A stretch of 23,420 bases of DNA. Origin: Ginkgo biloba. Taxonomy: Eukaryota; Plantae; Ginkgophyta. The notes beneath the pieces are model-generated. The model worked only from the letters and a program-made list of their open reading frames with translations, did no database searches and had not been told where the DNA came from. The number at the start of each line of letters is the position of its first letter. Position 1 is the stretch's first letter. The stretch spans positions 112,086,202 through 112,109,621 of the forward strand of contig JANKJI020000002.1 of assembly GCA_024626585.2 (NCBI GenBank), given 5' to 3'. Below are positions 12,801-23,420 of the stretch, piece by piece. The translations under genes were made by a program, and so were the position numbers.

Positions 12801-14454
12801 ACCTATGATGGAAATGGATACGATTGGATTCCCAATGATGATTGTATCACAAAAATGACAACAGAAGGAAAGGTAAACTTCCTCTTCTATTGTAAGGGAT
12901 GGTTCCTTGATTGCAAAATTAAAATAGAAACTAAACGGAATGGTATTTACAATGGATATTCATAAAGGTTTGACATTTCTTTGATTTTTCTCTGGTGAAA
13001 AGAGAAATAATATAACAAAACCAAGGGAGAGATAAGGAGTAAGCAAAATATGTTATCAATACCCCTAAACAAAGGGTCAAATGTCCAGGCACTAACAATA
13101 AAGCAAGGTGGAATGGTAAAGAGGATAGAAATGATAAAAATAAATGATTGANNNNNNNNNNNNNNNNNNNNNNNNNNNNNNNNNNNNNNNNNNNNNNNNN
13201 NNNNNNNNNNNNNNNNNNNNTAATCAATGATGTCATTCTAATCCCAAATTGCTAGCAGCGCCCAACTATTTTAGTAGAATGAAATATCACCGACTTGCCC
13301 TCATTACTCTACAATAGTGTTAAAAGGGTGCATAAAGGCAAGAACATACTTCTTTGGATGGAAAAGAATCCTTTAGAGTAACAAGCTCCAATAACGCTCA
13401 AAGGATGAAACCAAAGGGTTATTTTTCTTAGTGTACTAACAACTTGATCCCAACTAATAAATTAATTCTTTAGAGTAGGAGATCTTTAGTATGAACACAT
13501 GAAAAGAGAAAAGACATTTAACATGAATGGTAACATTCTCACAAATTTAGAGCACTTTATCATCACTATATGCCAACAATGCTCAACATATAATCACAAC
13601 AAAATTGCACTTAAAGAAACACTAATTAATTTTTTATAGAAGTAGCACTCACTTGAGACTTTAACCAGAATTNNNNNNNNNNNNNNNNNNNNNNNNNNNN
13701 NNNNNNNNNAGCAATACTCGATATTTGATCATAAGAATTATCCATCACATTAAAATTGGACATGAGAAAGACATTTACAAAATGATTTCCATTGATACAT
13801 AATATCTCAGGTCACATAAACATGAAAAGATTATCACAAAAGATATAACGGGGATATAACCCATACAAGTCAAATTACAATACAAACATAATGGAAGAAC
13901 ATTTCTCAGTTCATATAGTGTCTCTGAGGTTTCCTTCTCTATCAGGATCTATGGGAATACAAAACATACATATCAAGAACAAGACTAATTGAGAGAAGAA
14001 ACATGGAGTGGACGGATATATAAAGGAAATAATAAATTTCTCACTAGTAATATTTGGTGGAACCCTTATTTCTTTGTNNNNNNNNNNNNNNNNNNNNNNN
14101 NNNNNNNNNNNNNNNNNNNNNNNNNNNNNNNNNNNNNNNNNNNNNNNNNNNNNNNNNNNNNNNNNNNNNNNNNNNNNAGCCTTGCATGCCTTGATGAAAA
14201 GCCGGCCCTACTATGAAAGGACGGCCCTCCCCTTTCTAGCGTTGGTTCAAAGTGAAAATGCATGATAGACGGGCAGGTTATTACCGTCTTAACATGTGTT
14301 GAACAAGAGCTGTCCGTCTGTCGTATCAAGGTCTCCGTAAGTGCTTTTTCAGTGAAACAATTGGTTCTTCGTATGTCTCTGATATACACGAATTCAATAT
14401 TCCTCCCTGCTGAGAGAACGACAAAAAAAAATAATGGCCACTTGTTATCTATGT

Positions 14455-14700
14455 CAGCAAACCAACCCGATTCCAATATTTTGTCACAGGATACCAAAAC
14501 GTTGTCTTATACTGCAAGGAGCACTCACCTCGACTCCTATTTTCGCTACATATCAGTTCAATCTGTATTTATTACAATCACCGCAGTTAATATTAAATTA
14601 TAGACAAGGCACTTTCCACTGCCCGTTACACTAAATTAAATTAAAAGAGAAACAAAACGCTCTTCGCATTGAAATCAGTTACCAGATTCCGTTAATACGC
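14455..14700 (+). promoter_or_regulatory. Putative proximal promoter of the GH1 gene with MYB-type elements
   Basis: AC-II element ACCAACC at 14461-14467; four CNGTTA MYB-core motifs at 14584, 14623, 14676 and 14689; CpG-retaining sequence unlike the flanking TEs. TSS and TATA box not identified. Confidence 0.4.
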
Positions 14701-14914
14701 TCTATCAAATCACGCTATTTTTTGTGATTTTTTAAAGTGCCTACATTATTGTGCCGTGGTTAATCTGCTTTATCTGCAGACACCAGAGTGCGAAGCGGCC
14801 CTAAATTTGATTGTGGACAGGAATGGTTAATAGAGCAGTCGTCCTGGGAGTCATCTAATTCTCACTGCTCACAAAGAAATTCAAACGAGCTGCACAGATC
14901 GAATTGCCATCACA

Positions 14915-18192
<3,278 letters not shown>

Positions 18193-18361
18193 GAGATGCA
18201 GAAAAGGAAATTGAACGGTGTGAATTGAACAATGAAGAATTTTTTGACACATAAGCATACTTGGCAAAGTTATGTATATATTAATGTAGAAATTTACACC
18301 CTTATAGACTATACACCCCACCATAATTGGGGTTCTAGAGCCACAAGTTTATGTACCCATA

Positions 18362-18600
18362 GATTTGTATTATTATTTTATTATTTTTTGTATTTGTGTG
18401 ATTATAAATGTAGACCAAGATAGGTTGTATTATTACTTATAATTGGCTTTCAACCATAATTATTCACAACTTACAAGGTTAAGTTTTGCTCAAAAGACTA
18501 AGACAATAGCTTGGAATGAGCAAGTCTAACGGGAGTTGAACCTTATTCTTATTCTTGTATGTATTAACACCCCTTTCTAATCACCGAGCCATATTAGATG
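18362..18600 (-). mobile_element. Candidate tRNA-derived SINE (or tRNA pseudogene)
   Basis: Minus strand: A-box-like TGGCTCGGTGA (18591-18581) and B-box GGTTCAACTCC (18542-18532), 38 nt apart; TCTAA/TTAGA acceptor-like pairing; A-rich tail at 18397-18362. No TSD identified. Confidence 0.5.
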
Positions 18601-18634
18601 CATGGAGTGACCATTTTGAATATTTTAATCCAAT

Positions 18635-18669
18635 ACTAGTCCTACCTGTGGCAAATAATTGCCACAAGT
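18635..18669 (-). mobile_element. Helitron-like 3' terminus (hairpin + CTAG|T)
   Basis: Perfect 8-bp stem TGTGGCAA-N4-TTGCCACA (18647-18666), followed on the minus strand after 7 nt by CTAG (18639-18636) and T. The 5' TC end was not located. Confidence 0.5.
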
Positions 18670-19689
18670 TAAATTGGCTTCATTTAATATATTAATGAGA
18701 GTAAATTTACCCCACAATTAATAGGACTTTACTTTGACATAACATGCTTTGGATAAGAGCTACACCTTGCAGGACACCGAGCAGTAATGATACACTTCGT
18801 ATAGGCTTTTGTCACAAGTTTCATAAAAAAAATTCAGCCCTTTCGCTAGTGTGGACTCAGACCACCGATTCAAAAATACAACTGTCACGTTATTAATTAT
18901 GTATGTATGCAACACTCGAAAACAAAAGGATATTCGCCAAAAAAATATTTATTTACACAAATAATCTAGAAGCGACTCCAAGTAAATTGCTAGAGAATCA
19001 AATTTAGTCATTCCGCAATGCAAGATATCGATTGCAAGTCTAGCATTCTACTCATGCGGTCATAGAATCTCAAAGGGGCCATAGGTAACCACTCCAAGAA
19101 CGTCCAAGCCACTGAAAGCCATTACTCTGTCTCACTATCCACATACGGATGGCTCGGCCTCTGTTAAAATTGGTAGCACATCCCTCTTCTGTCTCGGCCA
19201 CCACCGGTTGCCGTCGAGACTCGCATACCGATTCCAGCTTGCTCGAACTCGCCACAGTCCTACGCTCACCGCCTGTTACGGTAGCCACTGTAGGGAAGGT
19301 TGATTTTAATAATCGATGTTTTATTTAAATGCATCAATTTAAGCCGACATTTGACCTACCCTGAATTAGTGTCTCCTCCCTTAGATCCCACCACACGGTC
19401 ATGTTAAGGGACATAGGCCCTCACAATTAGGGTTTAGGGTCAAGAGATATAATGCATTTTAGGTTTTTAGTAAAGGTCATAACAAACTTTGGGGGAGCAA
19501 ATCTAATGCATTGACGTTATAAAATGGTTAAATCTTTCACAAGAAGGCATTTAAACAAAAACAAAACAAAAGAAAAGAGAAGAGGAGATTCATTCAATTA
19601 TAATTATGCCAATAAGTGAAGGCATAGGGTAGAGCACCAACCTTAGAATATAAGGAGGCCTAGTAAGCATTGTGGTGCAATCTAATTAT

Positions 19690-21677
19690 GAAAAGAGAAT
19701 TGCAAATTGAACATAACATAATAACAAAATGGAAGAAANNNNNNNNNNNNNNNNNNNNNNNNNNNNNNNNNNNNNNNNNNNNNNNNNNNNNNNNNNNNNN
19801 NNNNNNNNNNNNNNNNNNNNNNNNNNNNNNNNNNNNNNNNNNNNNNNNNNNNNNNNNNNNNNNNNNNNNNNNNNNNNNNNNNNNNNNNNNNNNNNNNNNN
19901 NNNNNNNNNNNNNNNNNNNNNNNNNNNNNNNNNNNNNNNNNNNNNNNNNNNNNNNNNNNNNNNNNNNNNNNNNNNNNNNNNNNNNNNNNNNNNNNNNNNN
20001 NNNNNNNNNNNNNNNNNNNNNNNNNNNNNNNNNNNNNNNNNNNNNNNNNNNNNNNNNNNNNNNNNNNNNNNNNNNNNNNNNNNNNNNNNNNNNNNNNNNN
20101 NNNNNNNNNNNNNNNNNNNNNNNNNNNNNNNNNNNNNNNNNNNNNNNNNNNNNNNNNNNNNNNNNNNNNNNNNNNNNNNNNNNNNNNNNNNNNNNNNNNN
20201 NNNNNNNNNNNNNNNNNNNNNNNNNNNNNNNNNNNNNNNNNNNNNNNNNNNNNNNNNNNNNNNNNNNNNNNNNNNNNNNNNNNNNNNNNNNNNNNNNNNN
20301 NNNNNNNNNNNNNNNNNNNNNNNNNNNNNNNNNNNNNNNNNNNNNNNNNNNNNNNNNNNNNNNNNNNNNNNNNNNNNNNNNNNNNNNNNNNNNNNNNNNN
20401 NNNNNNNNNNNNNNNNNNNNNNNNNNNNNNNNNNNNNNNNNNNNNNNNNNNNNNNNNNNNNNNNNNNNNNNNNNNNNNNNNNNNNNNNNNNNNNNNNNNN
20501 NNNNNNNNNNNNNNNNNNNNNNNNNNNNNNNNNNNNNNNNNNNNNTGATGATAAATAAAAAATTAACAATGCTCATATTTTGGCATTACTTAATATCATA
20601 TTACCCTTTAAGGTTAAAGTTAATACATTAGGGCATACATTAGGAGTGGAATTAATCTAGTAGGACAAGCTAGTTGCATACTATTTTAAGGGTATTTGGA
20701 TTATGATAAAAAGGTGTATTCTTTGGTATAGGTAACAAAGAACTAGAGGAACTTATTTCTTAGTAAGGTGATGATTATACATTCTAAACATAATCCCCTT
20801 TAGTATTTACATAATTATTCCAAGTTGTTGAATGAAATACATCTCAAGTAATGTACATAGCTTAGGTTTAACATAGTCATCTACTATAAGAAAGGCACCA
20901 CTAAAAAAATTAATAATTTTATTTTTAGATTTCCTATTTCATGCTTAAGTTCATTTATAAAGTTTAATAGCTTTGGGTTTGATGATTTCAAAGAAATCTA
21001 TAAGGATAACAAGGAATTTATAGAGATATACTCTCTAATGCATTAATTAATTATGATACAAGATGTAGATAAGATACTACCATTTTAAAGATGGCAACTA
21101 ATGAGAGAGACACATCACTCTCAGATGGTAGTAAATTTTGGAGTATAAAATATTTTTTTAGAACAACTTTTATTAGCCTATTATGGCCTAAGATATATGA
21201 AAGTTTGATAAGGCTTATACTCTATGTTGCATGGCAAGGATAGTTAACTAGAATCTTAGAATGTATTTTCCTATTATTATTCCATCTAGGCTGTGGAAAC
21301 ATATCTTAATGCATTTCCTTGAAGGGTTAACAAATACCCAAAGATGGAATGGATATCTTTTTATTATTGTAGATAGGTTTAGTAATATGGCAGTCATAGT
21401 TAATTTTAAAAAGAGTACATAATAAGATAATAAGCAATATAAATTTTCTTTGATGATACACAAATGCACTTTGGATTTCTTAAATTTGTTATCTTTATTA
21501 AAGGCAAATAATTTTGCATCCACTTTTGACAATCCCTATGGCTATTTATAGACATGAGGCTTAAGAGGATTGCAACTTCTCATCCTTGAACTAATCATTA
21601 GTTTGAAGTTATCAAGAGAAAAATAATGTAATTCCTACAAATATATAATCATAAAGCATCTAAAATATGGGATGAAA
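19690..21677 (+). mobile_element. Degenerate Ty3/gypsy (CRM-like) pol remnant: RNaseH and integrase; RT probably in gap 19739-20544
   Basis: IYYKKGTTKKL (RNase H end); PSRLWKHILMHFLEGL...YLFIIVDRFSNMAVIVNFKKST and HFGFLK...SLW...LKRIATSHP*TNH*FEVIKR...KIWDE (rve integrase). KRELQIEHNI before the gap resembles the pre-RT 'IEH' motif, so the left boundary is weak. Confidence 0.8.
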
Positions 21678-22006
21678 NNNNNNNNNNNNNNNNNNNNNNN
21701 NNNNNNNNNNNNNNNNNNNNNNNNNNNNNNNNNNNNNNNNNNNNNNNNNNNNNNNNNNNNNNNNNNNNNNNNNNNNNAAAATAATTAAAAAACTAGATTG
21801 AAATAAGTAGAGCTACTAAACAAAAATAATTTTAAAGACATACCTCTAAAAATAATATAATTTTCACAAGTATTTTTCAATGTCTATAGACCTTCTTATG
21901 AACTATAGGCCAAAGTTATTTCAATAAAATATTTGAAAGATTATGAATATCTATTATAGCAAAACATATTATAAACATCCAACACTTGAATAACCCATGT
22001 GCCCAT

Positions 22007-22021
22007 ACACACACACACACA
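22007..22021. repeat. (AC)7 microsatellite
   Basis: ACACACACACACACA. Confidence 0.7.
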
Positions 22022-22619
22022 TTATAAACCCATGGAAAATAATTATCATGATAATTAATTATTTTATTAGTTCATTAAGTAAACATTACCCGATTTATTC
22101 TCTTACAAATTAGTCATTCATTAACATTACATATGTCTTAGGATTTTTATAGATTTGAACCATCACATACTTAATCACTCTTAAGAACCTATAACAATGA
22201 TCATACAATGCAATATCACTCCCATTCTTTAGGGAAACCAATTTAATGTCGTATTAGAGACATAAACTACCAGTAATATTATATGATAATTTTTTTTTAT
22301 TGAAATAGGATAATACCATGGTAAACAATTACCATGATAATTTTTCTTATTTTTTATGAATTAACTTATAATTCAAATACACTTGTAATATGAGAAAGGA
22401 TGTTGTTTTCCTCTTAAGCATTCAATCTATTGAACAAAAAAACTAATCTAAGCTTGTACTACTTTATATCCTACACTTACATGAATGGTAAATAACTAAA
22501 ATTCTAAGATATGGTGAATGTTATCAATCATATTGATGTTTATGTTAATGATAATACTAAACAAACTACCTAATGGATTTTAAATATGAACGCATATGAA
22601 GAAGTGTTATGGAATTATT

Positions 22620-23420
22620 ATCTTTTGCAATTAAAAGAACCTTTTTGCAATAATATCTCAACTGCCAATCCATCTCTTAGATCAATTCCCACTAAGATCT
22701 TTTCCATAGTCATTTGACCGAAGTCTAAGAAGCTCATGTCAACTTCAATAAAAAATCTCAATGCATTCCCTATCTCTTTAGAAACCTCTAGAGACCAAAA
22801 ATCTATTGGTAATATCAGAAGCTTGACCTAAACTGGAGTGTAGTCTAGCCTCTCAGACCATGCATCAAAGAAAGGGGACTAATGCTTAAGGAAAATAGGA
22901 GTTGTGTCCCACTTCCACGTGATTGATAGCACCTTCTTCACATCCTCAGTTGATTGTAGTAAAAATGCCAACCATCCCCTTGAAAGTATAAAATACTTTG
23001 GCAAGTACCCTAATAGTGGAGACCAATTCTTCAACAACCACCCTTTCAAGCGCTTCATGCCCATCCTTCTACCAAAGAAGTGACTAACTAGAATTTGTGT
23101 CAACAGATCAAGCACTTCATTCATCTTGACATCATCTCCAAGAACCAGCTTCATCGATGAGCCCTTCTTATTTACACACCTCCTCTTTTTCTTCCTTGGA
23201 CTGTTACTAGCCTCTCTTTGATCACTAAAAAGAAAAGAAGGATCCCCCTCACACTTAGAAAAAAATCCAAGTTTACTTCCCTTAAAGGACACTCTACCAC
23301 ATTATTTAAGTTCAGTTTGAAGCCTAAAATCCTTTTCTGTACACCTACTCAGCCTAACCTCATTCACCTCCCCTATATGTGCACCAAACTTCTCAACCCC
23401 TTCAAAAAGAGGAAGTGGGT
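22620..23420 (-). mobile_element. L1-type LINE ORF1 (DUF4283) pseudogene, continuing beyond the window edge
   Basis: LVSHFFGRRMGMKRLKGWLLKNWSPLLGYLPKYFILSRGWLAFLLQSTEDVKKVL..W.WDTTPIFLKH*SPFFDAWSERLDYTPV*VKLLILPIDFWSLEVSKEIGNAL..FIEVD...KILVGIDLRDGL is typical plant L1 ORF1; two Trp codons have become TAG. Confidence 0.85.

Noticed and set aside
14066-14634. ORFs 14066-14497(-), 14262-14603(+), 14434-14634(+)
   Set aside because: No recognisable domain, overlapping on both strands, and located in the promoter zone; likely chance.
18315-18340. Hairpin ACCCCA-N7-TGGGGT followed by TCTAG
   Set aside because: The stem is short and CTAG follows after only 1 nt and is not followed by T; not a Helitron end.

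Overview
Eukaryotic plant nuclear DNA: AT-rich, with many N gaps. It is probably from a gymnosperm, inferred from the protein and TE families rather than shown directly. One apparently intact host gene is present on the + strand at 14915-18192, a glycoside hydrolase family 1 (GH1) beta-glucosidase. It has a signal peptide and both catalytic glutamates (TFNEP, ITENG), and most resembles the monolignol/coniferin beta-glucosidase clade. Eleven of the 13 canonical plant GH1 exons are visible with GT-AG introns; exons 5-6 should lie in the gap 15670-16392. The gene sits in a CpG-retaining island (~14.2-19.4 kb) surrounded by decayed retroelements: several Ty3/gypsy remnants and an L1-type LINE ORF1 at the right edge. 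Just 3' of the gene are a tRNA-like (SINE-type) A/B-box element, a Helitron-like 3' terminus and an unexplained GC-rich patch. Most long ORFs in the track are artefacts of N runs. I found no convincing evidence of a wholly new biological system. The best leads are a gag-only non-autonomous gypsy element, the SINE/Helitron/GC-patch cluster downstream of the gene, a MYB-site cluster in the promoter, and divergent residues in the GH1 enzyme.
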